Part shown: one piece after another, positions 14,721 through 31,900 of the stretch
Layout of the letters: every line of letters starts with the position of its first letter
Numbering within the stretch: the first letter of the stretch is position 1
Source: the human T2T-CHM13v2.0 reference genome, Homo sapiens
Length of the DNA: 64,000 nucleotides
Assembly: GCF_009914755.1 (NCBI RefSeq)
Contig: NC_060932.1
Strand: one strand, 5' to 3'
Program-made: the position numbers and the translations under genes
Notes under the pieces: model-generated
Database searches by the model: none
The model's input: only the letters and a program-made list of their open reading frames with translations
Told to the model about the DNA's origin: nothing

Positions 14721-15200
14721 TTAAAGATTTAATGAAGCCCACCAGTCTAGACACTTGGGGTGTTTTGGTGTCCTCATCTTGCTATCCAGCCTGCTACATT
14801 CCCTACCCAGCTTCCGGTCACCCAGCAATTTAATACGTTTTCTTTCCACTCCTTCCTCCAGATGGTTAAGGAAAAGAGTGGCCAAGCCTGAGCTGAAAAC
14901 AGGCCTGAACTCACACTGGAAGCTGCCCTCCACAGTACCCTTGATCACATTTATCACTCGTTGTCTCCTGCATTCTTCAACCCACATGCCAAAGGACAGA
15001 AGGAGACCCCGATAGACGCCTTCTTGGAATCCTGTTTGCCATGTATCCCTGATTTGCCAGCTGGACAACAAAGGAAATCAGGCTTGTTGGCATAGCTCCT
15101 TATTCTTTGTAAACCTCTGGTGACTTGAGTGATCACTGTCTCCTTTCTAAGCACTTGCACAGCATCCTTGGATTCTTGCCTAAGTTCTGCAGCAGGATTT
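14721..15200 (-). mobile_element. L3/CR1 LINE reverse-transcriptase relic
   Basis: LFLNHLEEGVERKRIKLLGDRKLG..LDSKMRTPKHPKCLDWWASLN aligns by eye to CR1 RT IFINDLDEGIE..LIKFADDTKLG..LEDR..IQ.DLDRLE.WA..N. Confidence 0.65.
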
Positions 15201-15624
15201 CATGTCTGTAGTCAAACTGGACACTCACTTCCCACGTTCCTGCTCTTGGTGTCATCTTTCTAGTCTCCTCCCCTGTCTACAGGCAGTCATGATGACCCAC
15301 AGTGGAGCAGTGGTCCTGGCCACCCATTCGTTCAACAAGTGTAGACAGTTTATCTATTTGGGTATATAATTTATTTTGGCCAAGAGGCTCAAACTACTAT
15401 TGAGAAAAGTTAGAAGCAAATCACATTTTTCTTATGGTCTTGTTGGGCTTAAATTTCCTCTTAACAATATTTGTTTTGCCCGTTCTGTCCAAAATGATTT
15501 AGTTTGATGGGGAAGACTGAATTAACATAAAAATTGAGTTTTGGTTTCTGTTTATCATTCATCAGCCTTTCCCTCACTGACCTCTGGCAGGAGATCTATC
15601 TTTTCAGTTCCCTTTGATTCTATG

Positions 15625-15835
15625 AGGACAGCGTATGATAGTTTAAGTGGGTAAGAACATGGCTTTGAAGTGTGCACCTGGACTAGATGACCGCTGCCCT
15701 GGAGCGGGGGACCAGGCTTTTCCAGGTTTCTATCTTCTGCCCTAAAAAGTGTGGCTTATGATGCTGTCCCATCAAGTCACTATATAAATTAGAAGAAATT
15801 AGAAGTCTGTCTCTCATAGGCACTCTCTAAGTGCC
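15625..15835 (+). mobile_element. MIR SINE (degenerate)
   Basis: gtgggtaagaacatggctttgaag...acctgg resembles the MIR 5' region. Confidence 0.45.
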
Positions 15836-16009
15836 AATTCATAAGCTGTTTTTTTATTCAGGTATTTGTTTAAGTTTACAAGTTTTGTTCCCTTGGTGTT
15901 TTCACATCTTTAACATGAATATTGCATGCTATGTCACTCTGTTGCATGGATCCTTGCTCACATCTCATCTTTCCATTTGTGGGCATGCTTTTCCTTAAAT
16001 GCAAAGGAT

Positions 16010-16380
16010 CAATTAAGACAACATGAATACATAGCATAGTGTTTAGTTAAAAAAAAAAGTCAGATACAAAATAACAAATTTGTGGGATTTCATTTATAGA
16101 ATGTCCATAAGCAAGCAAAATGAAGTGTAATATTTAGATGCATACTTATGTATGAGAATTATTCATACCAGCAGGTGAGTGACCCTCACCACTCACAAGT
16201 AAGGTCCTTCAGAGGAGAGGGAGGGTGGAGGCCTGGCAGTTTACAGGGGCCTGGGAGTGGTTAGACTCAGGCGGTGAACATGGTGTGATGATGTTATGGT
16301 GACTCAGTATGCCATCTATCCATATTGTATGGATGTTTGTTTATTCGTCTTGTGCTTCAAAATAATTTGCTTTAAAAAAG
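16010..16380 (+). mobile_element. L1ME-type 3' end fragment
   Basis: acatgaat..catagtgtttagttaaaaaaaaaagtcagatacaaaa...gatttcatttata...tagatgcatacttatgt. Confidence 0.55.
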
Positions 16381-17611
16381 GTTACATAAAGCTAATTTAA
16401 ATATATATAACATGTGAAGATGGGAGGAATAAGCATATTTTATTACAAACTTAGAAAATGCTCATTAAGCTCGATTAGATTTTACTGTTATTTTAAAGTA
16501 AGAAGGACCAAACAAATGATGAGTATCTTTGCTCTGCCTTGAAGTAATCTTTATCATTGAAGCTGAGGGCTTCTCTTGTGACTTCCGTCTTCAAGCTGGC
16601 AATTCCTGTCTGATTTCAACGCAGGTGTGCCCCGGTGTCAGGTTGGGGTGTATTCCTGGAGGCTTCGTAGATGCTATGCTGGGGAAACTCCTGTGCCCCC
16701 ACCACTGTTTTGTGTGTCTTCTCCACTCCACCTCAGGCAGCTCCAGCCCTCCACCCTCCCCTACAAGGCAGCCTCTCAGTCTAGTCAAGCAGTGTTGGGT
16801 CAGACGCAATTGTGGACCAGAAAAATAATCCAATGCACTGCTTTAAACCTGTGACTTTTTTTCCCCATTCCTCTCATCTTTGGACTTAATTTCATAGGTG
16901 AATAAAATCCCATAGAACCCAATGCATGTCTACAATAACGAAGGAAATGAGTATGAATATTTTTCAAATAGCACATTGTAAAGAATGTACCAGCCATCCA
17001 GCAAAACAAATTTCTTTTGCATGTACAGTACAGCTATGTGCTCAAAGCTTGGAGAAATACGCTTCCGGTCCTGACAGGATGCAGTGAACACATTTATCTT
17101 TGTTCTCCCCCACTAAGTTCACCTATAAACTGCGGAAGTAACCAAAGGAAAACAGTGGAAGGTAGTAAAAGAAAGGTGAATCGGCTTGGGAAAAAAGTGG
17201 CAGCAGGATGTCTACAGCTCCTTTATCAACAGAAGGCAGCCCAGACCCTGGGCTTTACAGCAAACGGCAGCCCACATGGGCCCATTCCTCCCTGGAATGG
17301 GAGGGGCTCTCTCACAGCACCACTAACAAGGGTTTCCTTGACCGGCCAGGGAGTGCAGCTCCTTCATTCCCTCTCCACCCAGAAATACCGATAGGAGGAT
17401 TTCATTACAACAAGCCCCGGGCCAGGAAAGCCTCTTCGTTCCGACAAGCCTGAGACTCCCTGCCCCATGAGGACACACTGGAGTGGGCTGGCATGACCAA
17501 CCCGAGGGTCCCGGCCACAGCCAGCAGGCTCTGTGTCTCACAACCCGAGACTCGCCTCCCCTAATCAAGAGGCACCAGCAGACCCACACAAATAAGTTGA
17601 ACTGAGTTTCT

Positions 17612-19632
<2,021 letters not shown>

Positions 19633-19639
19633 ACATCAC

Positions 19640-22145
<2,506 letters not shown>

Positions 22146-22324
22146 TGAGATAATATTATTCTGTTCACTTGAAAGATAAAGAATTGGAATCTCAGAGGAT
22201 TTGCTAATATTTTGTAGAATAAGGGTTTGAATTTATAACCTCTGAATTGTTATGACTAGTAACCACCTTCCCTCCACTATGGGTTGTTTTTTCTTCCCAC
22301 TTCTTATTGCTCTCCTTTCTCTAA

Positions 22325-22723
<399 letters not shown>

Positions 22724-22749
22724 TCTTTAAATATTCTTCTATTTACTGA

Positions 22750-22950
22750 ATGTGAATCCGAGCATTACTACTTTGAAGATAAGCTTGGGCAAGTCACTTA
22801 TTTTTCAGAACTTCAGTTTTTTTAATCTGTTAAAATGGGTAATGATAGTACTAATCTCATGAGGTTGTTGCCAAAATTAAATATACAAATACATGAAAAG
22901 TGCTTGGCAGAGTATCTGGCCACAGTGCTGAGAATTCATCATCATTATCA
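22750..22950 (+). mobile_element. MIR SINE
   Basis: MIR core: cttgggcaagtcactta...ttcagttt...atctgttaaaatggg...aaagtgcttggcagagtatctggc. Confidence 0.8.
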
Positions 22951-23834
22951 TCATAACTACTTTTTATTAAATACACTTAGTTGGTATTTCTCAAGAGTTA
23001 CTCTGGTGTTTGTCAGTGAGTCTAATGAATCTGTCTACATGAGTTCATTCCTTAATAGGATGGGAAAGCCTGTGATTCCCGTAGATGTTGTTTGGTGGTA
23101 GAGGGAAAACGTTTCAGATCCTAGGTGTAGCTATGGCCCGAGGAATCTATCCAGTGTTTTGGGGCTTTGTGGATTAACGAGGTGCGTGGGTGCACTTTTG
23201 GGTTACTGTGCTGGAGTAGATTCCTCCCTAAGGCATTCCCTGGGAACCTGACTTTTAAACATTTTACTGGCCTGAAGCTAATGTGGTATGTGGAAAAGAG
23301 AAGAGAAAAGAAGAAGGTGGAGGAAGAAAGGGAGGCAAAAGAGAAAGAAATTGGAGGCAAATGTGTATTTAAAACCTTAGAGAGAGTGCATTCAATTTGG
23401 GATAAAATCCAGACATCAGCTAAAGTTGAAGAGACCTAAAATAAAAATTATAGCTTTAATTCAGGCTATGGAGCATCATGCAAGTGAAAGGCATTTGTCA
23501 GTTGGAATATAATGAAGCTGAACTGTTGGATAGAATCAATTTGGTTTGAGCTTTTGGTTAGTGAATGGGTCTGTCTTTGCTTTAAACATTTTAGCATTCC
23601 TTATTCTCATCAGTAGTAAAATCTTTCAAAACATGATTCCTTAAGGCAAATGTCTGGAGCTTAATTGAGTCATATTATTTCAACTCTTCCATTGTCTTTG
23701 ATTGTATGAGATGGAATACATTCTCCTTTCTATGTTAGAGAAGCAGGAAATGTAATGGCTGAAGCTTTTTAATTTCATAGAAAGGTATATTTCTGGTTTA
23801 ATGTTGTGTGATGTAACAGAAAGGGGACTGAATA

Positions 23835-24000
23835 CGCAGCTCTGCAGGTCTTAGGGTGAGTCACTTCACTTCCCTGAGCCTCAGATTGTCCAGTGTGGAA
23901 TGGGGATGGCAACAGTTGTCCGTCTGTGCCCAGGCTTTGTGTTGTGCAGATGTTATCAAATGGGATGTACATGAGAACGTGCTTTGTAAATTGTTCAGCA
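23835..24000 (+). mobile_element. MIR SINE
   Basis: MIR core: gggtgagtcacttcacttccctgagcctcag...gtggaatgggga. Confidence 0.75.
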
Positions 24001-24207
24001 ATTTACATTGTTGTTCTGATCATTAGATAGAGACAATGTTGAATATTGAATACAAGTAACGAAATATATTTTGCCATTTGTTTTCAATTTCACCTCTATA
24101 TTGCTGAAGGTTACACTATTTTTTCTTGTTGAAGAGAACTGAAACCATTATTTTCTCCTATATATGGCTAGGGAGTTAGATATGACAGTTGTCCCAATTA
24201 TCTTTAT

Positions 24208-24384
24208 TTTTGTTTTATTTATTTTCTTTTGATTTTATTTATTTATTTACTATTTTTTTTTTACTATAGAGACAGGGTTTCTCCATGTTTGCCAGGCTGG
24301 TCTCGAACTCTTGGGCTCAAGTGATCCGTCCATCTCAGCCTCCCGAGGTGCTGGGATTACTGGTGTGAGCTGCTGCACCTGGCC
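24208..24384 (-). mobile_element. Free left Alu monomer (FLAM_C-like) with perfect 16-bp TSD
   Basis: Single monomer with 'gggctcaagtgatcc' and a T-rich tail; TSD tcccaattatctttat at 24192-24207 and 24385-24400. Confidence 0.85.
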
Positions 24385-24869
24385 TCCCAATTATCTTTAT
24401 GTATTTAGTATGTTTCAGATATAATTTTTAGCTCTAATTTTACATCTTTAGAAAGTGTTTTCAGACTAGCATTTCTTCAGTTCCAAATATTTACATAAGA
24501 TACTTCTACTTCAGTCCTGTTGAAATTGTGTGTGTGTGTTTGCATATACACACATGCACACGAGTGGAGAATCCTTTGAGTTCCATAGATTGCAACTAGG
24601 ATTCAGGGTTGAGACCACACCAGGTCTGTATTACCTGGGCAAAATGGACTGCTGGCCCTGACAATGGAAAGACTGGCTTTTAAAAAGAGGAACTTCAAAA
24701 AACAGATATTCCCCTTTACTCAAATCATGTGGAATAGTATTATTAGGTGAGGGGTAAATGGAAAGAGATTGCAGAACTAGTGTACTTACAGAGTCTGGCT
24801 AGAAAAAGACCTATTTAGGTCATATTTATGTGAAGTTAAATCAGCTCATCCCCTACAAACTCATCTAGC

Positions 24870-24870
<1 letters not shown>

Positions 24871-24901
<31 letters not shown>
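24871..24901. repeat. (AC)15 microsatellite
   Basis: Seen directly. Confidence 0.95.
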
Positions 24902-24903
<2 letters not shown>

Positions 24904-26632
24904 TTTTCCTTCTAACAAATGTTTGTGTTCCTTAAGGTTTCTTATCAAATAACTCATCTTTCTAGACTTTGTAATTATTAATTTGTATCAGCTACAATGG
25001 ATTGGATTCCTGCAACAGATTGTCTCTTCATGGTAAGGTTGAATCAGGATGGTTTCATAAGTATGATGTGCTGTACAATGACAAGGACATTCTAATTTTC
25101 ATTAAAAACAATCAAATTTTATTATTGTAGGCTTGTTATAATTTTCAATTTATTATTTTATTATCAATTATTGAAATATGAGGAGAAGCAAAGTTGAAGA
25201 AAATATTTCTTCTTTTGAAATGTAGTCTAGCATGAGTGTTGTAATGGAAAGAACCATTTTCAAGAACTGCCTCCCCATCAACCAACTGTGTAACTTACTG
25301 CAAGTCATCTGACTCTGTGAGTTTCAAACAGTGGCTGCTGGAATGCATAGTAGGCTTGCCATGATGATGGAAGGGGACACACAACAGTCATGATTGTTAT
25401 TACTATTGCTACCACTGTGAGATTTAAAATAATTTTTTTTTTACCTATTTGTACCATAGCAACTAATGTCAGTAAAAAATCTTATTTCATATGTTTCCTT
25501 TGTTGATATTACTGACCTTGATGTTTCGGCATTTTGACCTAATTCATCTGTGCTTTTACCTGATTTTATTCTAGCTTTTAGATTTGTAATTTTCATTTTA
25601 GGTATAGCTTGCATATTCTTGATCTTTTCAGCGTAACTGTGTATTTAATTGCTATCTTATTGGAAACAGAAAAATCACCTGGGGAATGGTAAAGTGTATT
25701 GGTCAAACAGTTCAGAGACTAACTTCCTACTGCATTACTCTGGTATAATTTCATATTTTCTCAAGACATAAAATACTTCCATTTTATAGACTATTAAAAA
25801 GAGAAAATATGCTTCCTACTCAGCCAGTTTCACTCACTCTTGTGTAGGCTATGGCTTGCAGCCATGTCAAGCTGTCCATCACTTTTCTGTGAATGTTCAC
25901 AGGTGGAAATTGAGATTTGTCTGCATTTGGGAGAAATTCATCAGATCCATCAAGGGGCCAGGAGCAAGTAGGGGAGGTGAGGATCTGATATCCCCTGTTT
26001 TTATTAGGGAATGTGGTTTCTTATGATGCCTAATGATACATGTCCATCTTGAACCAATTTCAATTTTGCTATTTGTGTAAAAGAAGAAAAATAACTATGA
26101 CAAGTCCATAAGACTAACAAAAATGAGATTGTGAGCTTTGGCAGAAATGTGGGTTTATTTTTTCCTTTAACCCCAGTCTAAGGGAATGACGAAGAATGCA
26201 GTATACCACTTCCATAGAGGAATTGTAACCAGTCAGCTGCTAGTTTGAAAGAGTTGAGTAAGTTTGACATGTTTATGGAGAGTGATATGCCTCCCTGAGA
26301 CAGTTCCTCAATGAGTGAGTCAAAGTAAACACCCTACACCTAGAACCTGGCACTTATTGGCAGCTGATGCATAATTTGTTCCGTGAATGATGCTTATGTA
26401 CTGAGTGTTCGAAGCTGGGGGTACAAAGGTGAAGGAAAGTTAGTCCCTTCTTGTGCGACTTAAGAAAAATACAACTAACCAGAGTGGAGGTAGAATACAG
26501 GGGCCGCAGTCATGCTGATCATCTCCAAGAACCTTGTACATTTATGAGAAATGTGATGCTGAGAGTTGAATTAGTGAGCAATGGTTTGAGATCTTCACAT
26601 TTTGTAACCCTAGATTTCTAACATGGAATGGT

Positions 26633-27032
26633 GTTGTGGCAGGCACTGTTGATTGGTCAACTCAGCCCATTTGGAAGTTCTTCTCCTTAGACACTGTCCG
26701 TAGATACTGCTTCCAGAAAACCTGTGGTTTCCTGAGGAAAAAAAGAGCAGATTGGCTGCATGGCCCATAACCCTCTCCCCAGTTCCCTTTGCCCTTTTAC
26801 TTGCTGGAATGAGGAAGTGCCTGGGGGTGCAGAAATCCTCTTCATACCATAGAAAAAAAGGTCAATATATTCATGATAGCAGAGAAGAGAAAACAGAAAG
26901 AGTGATATTTTGATGGCATTGTTGGAGCAGCCCAAACCTAGATGATTTTGTGTGAGAAAGAAATTCATATTGGATTAAGCCACCCTTCCTTGGTGTTCTC
27001 TTCCTTGCAGCTGAACACACTCTGAATGGGCA
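26633..27032 (+). mobile_element. MaLR LTR (MLT1J/K-like)
   Basis: Starts tgttgtggcaggcactg; 'tttgatggcattgttggagcagcc', 'tgtgagaaagaaattc..ttaagccac' and the end 'ttgcagctgaacacactctgaat' are typical of old MLT1. Confidence 0.6.
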
Positions 27033-27229
27033 CGGAGGCCCTGCACAATAGTCCTTGCCTTCATGTTCATTTCACTCTTCCTGCACTCCATTCTGCAGGG
27101 TGAGGCTGTGCAGGACTCTGTTCCCAGTGTGGACTATGTCATCTGTGCAGGGACCCTGCCCAGTGGTGCCTGGTGGCCCTGATAGTGATGCTGGTCTTTT
27201 TTTGTGCTTGTCTCTGTCTTTACATGAAG

Positions 27230-27970
<741 letters not shown>

Positions 27971-28998
27971 TTATATACTTCTGCAATGACGGAGGATTGT
28001 CGGGTAGACTAAGAGCTGGGAGACCACCATGATTCATGAAGGCTTCAGAGTTCTCAGTCTGTTCTCCAACAGGGCAGTGACCTCCCCAAGAGGAGGCCAC
28101 CTGGGTGTGTCCAGACAGCATGGCTCTGGCCAGCAGGAGAGGAGCTGCGATGGTCACAACACGGGTGGCCACTGCGTTCTCATGAGCTGCGTTGCTTCCC
28201 CCTTCTTTGCTGTTGCTTCCTTTCCAAAGACAAGTTACAGAGAGCCCTTCCAAGAGCTGGGAGAGCTTGTGGGCTCCGACAGCCTGGAGAGGAGAGCTTC
28301 AGGGCTGCTCAGCCCTGACTAGCACGATTTATCAGCATAGCACTATTTGTTTTAACCTTTAGGGGAAAATGGGATATGATGAGACCTAAAGAAACATCAT
28401 TTCCCAAAGGTGGATTTCATTTCTTTAACCGTTTATAAGTCTCAAACAATAAAATATGACTATTTGGGGACTGGTATTATATTTCAATGACTTTTCCAGC
28501 TGTTGTGCTATTGCACACATTCCGGAGCCTTCTCTCCTCCAGCTGAAAGCCGACTGCTCACTCACAGCAGCGGCAACACAACCACCTCCGGCTGTTCGGG
28601 GCGTGCGGCCTGCACACAGTGACACATTCACATACCGGGCGAGGGTCGGGCCTGCTGCCTGGGTGTGAGGAAAACCAGTCATGTTCTCTCTGTTCTTGAG
28701 ATTGATTACCCTGGGCTTCTGCAAGCCCATTAAAGTAAGTCAAAGGGTGACTCTGGGCTGGGTGCTAATGTGACCACTGTTGTTGGCAGGTGCTGTGATT
28801 CTGGAGAGGCATTTGTCCACTCAGCATGTAAGGGAGAAGCCATGCTTTCCTCAGCTGTGCCTGCACTGTAACGGCCCTGTGTCTGTCACTACTGCTGGGG
28901 GCACCTGGAAGCGCCCAGACACACATTTGGGGACCACAGCAAATCCTCTGTGTCTTGCATGTGAGCCATGGGGAAGCTCGCCTTTAAGATAAAGCCAT

Positions 28999-29585
<587 letters not shown>

Positions 29586-30549
29586 AAGATAAAGCCATGT
29601 GTTTACTCTTTATCAAAGATGCCAAAGAGTATAGCCTCTGATTACATGGTTTTTAAAAAATTAGAGTATGGAAATAGTGCTTAGTATTATGTCAGTAAAT
29701 TCAATGTTTTCATACATTTTTTTTGCTCTAAATTGGAAACGGGGGCAATCCCCTGAAATGTATGTATTTTATTTTAAAATAATCCTAGCCCCTGTATTTA
29801 ATCCTTTTCCTGTCTCTCTCCTCACTCATCTTTGCTCCTTACACCTCTGCCCAGCAGGGCTTCTTTCTTCTTTTCCCCCTTCTTTTTCTTTCTCTATAGA
29901 GCATCAAGCCAGCTTCTTCCTCACCAGCCTCACCATCCGAGTTTCTCGTGGGCAGCTTCTCAGTGAACACAGGAAGGCCTAGACCCCACTCTGGGAGCTC
30001 TGAGGACCACGGTGTGCACAGGCAGGTTGGTGCCCAACACTCTACAACATTTACATACTCTTGTTTTCAGAGGACATCAAATATCCAGTAGTTTTGCATT
30101 TGGGCCTGAGCCATGACTCTGACGTTGGAGATTAGACACTGTGACAAAGGGAGAGAATTGTAGGGGGAACAGACTCCGGGTTTCTAAGCAGATGGAGTGA
30201 ACAGCTGACTGAGAAGCTCAAGCCTGAAGCAGGTGGCGGATTCTCTTAGCAGCACCAAATCACCCTGTCAGGCAGCCCAGCCAGGGCAGCTCAGGAGTGG
30301 GCCACAGAGCAGGACCTGCCAGGACGTCCAGAGAGTGTGGGTGGAAGCTGCTTCCCAGTGGAGCCTGGCCAGGGGGCGACTGCCAGACAGTGAGGCGGAT
30401 GAGTCAGCCCTGAAAGCGATCCTGGCCATGACCTAGTGGGAGAGGAGAGAACAGAAGGGGCAGTCAGGAACTGACAGGTGGGCTGTGCAACAGGAAGGGG
30501 TCACAGACCCAGCAGGTGGCAGGGCAGATGGAGGAGATCAAGGGATGTG

Positions 30550-30712
30550 TGATAGTGGGGGGGCACCCACCTGGGTGTGGGGGGTGCAGGTTGGGGTGGG
30601 TGGCTGTGGGGCAGGGAGCAGGGCACCAAACGGGGTGGTGGGTTGAGGGGACACGGGGCAGGTGGGCAGGACACCAGCCAGGGGATGCGGGGTGGGGGAT
30701 GGGCAGGCGGGA
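30550..30712 (+). other. G-rich tract with G-quadruplex potential
   Basis: More than ten G>=3 runs with short loops, e.g. gggtgtggggggtgcaggttggggtggg. Confidence 0.55.
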
Positions 30713-31744
30713 GCCCTTCTGACCCCTGTGGCTGCACGTGCTGTTTGGAGCACACAGAGGCCAGAGGTGCCAAGGTGCAACCTGTTCTTTCAGGTTATTG
30801 ATCTGTTTTTAAAGGAAATGGCTTGGGATGGCTGGAACAATATTCACTTTTAAATGAACAGCTTTGGACTCTTTCGTTGTGTGATCTCAAAGTGCCAAAG
30901 GGAACCAAAGAGGACCAAATTATTCCAAAGAATTATAGCAGCCCAGTTGTTAGGGATACAATGAAGCTCGGCTTCCCTTACTGAGGCGTTTTGAGTGGAA
31001 TGAAATGCTTCATTTAGCATTTAATGAGATTATAGTGGCAGAGATAAACATGCTATGATAAGGTGGAAAGATCACCTGGTCAGAGCCAGATTCCTGGAGG
31101 TGATCCAAGCTCTGGGAACCTGCTGCTGAGCCGGGCAGTCACCACCCCCTGCTTGGTTCTCAAATCTGTCCAGGCAGCCTGCCGCTGGGATGTCTGCAGG
31201 GGTGCATCTGGGAAGAGGGGGTTGTTATTGGTATGTGCTCTGCTCACTCGGGGAGGGCTGGGCTCGGGCCCCGGAGCCACCCAGTCCTGAGTGTTGCTTT
31301 CCGCCTCAGCATAAGAGCCGCTTTTCTTACTGTGTGGGGAAGAGCCAGTCTAAGGAATATTCCTGCATTTGTACAGTGCCTGCCACCTGCAGTGTGCGTC
31401 CCAATTCGTGTTATTCTTCCATTTCGATGCTAACTCTGGGAGAGAGGAGGCACTGGTGTTAGTGGAGGCACTTTCCAGGTGCAGAATCTTCTGCACAGAG
31501 GGAGGCAACAAAGGCCGGCAGCTGGGAGGCTGGGCCCAGGTCAGGCCAGGATCTTGGTCCAGACCCCACTTGTCACCTGTGCGTTAGTGCGCTGGCCCTC
31601 AGGGGCTTCCCCAGCCCCTCTGCTCGCCTGATTGTGACTGGAGGGCTTTGTACCCTGGAGAGAGGAGCTATGGAGCTAGGAAGGCAGGAAAGCTGGCCCT
31701 GGACTCTGGGAGAAGAAAGGGCCAGAAAGGGGCATAGGAAAAAA

Positions 31745-31900
31745 GGGAATGAACATTTACCAAAAGTCTCTGTTCTTGGTGTTTTCCGTACAACGTATTT
31801 AATCCCACAAGGTCCAGTGAGTTTGTGTTAGTCCAGTTTCACACATGTGGAAACCGAGGCCTGTCACAGAGTTGGGCAGAGCTGGACTCCAGCATCAGGC
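31745..31900 (-). mobile_element. MIR SINE
   Basis: tatttaatcccacaa...tccagtttcacacatgtggaaaccgaggc (reverse MIR core). Confidence 0.65.
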
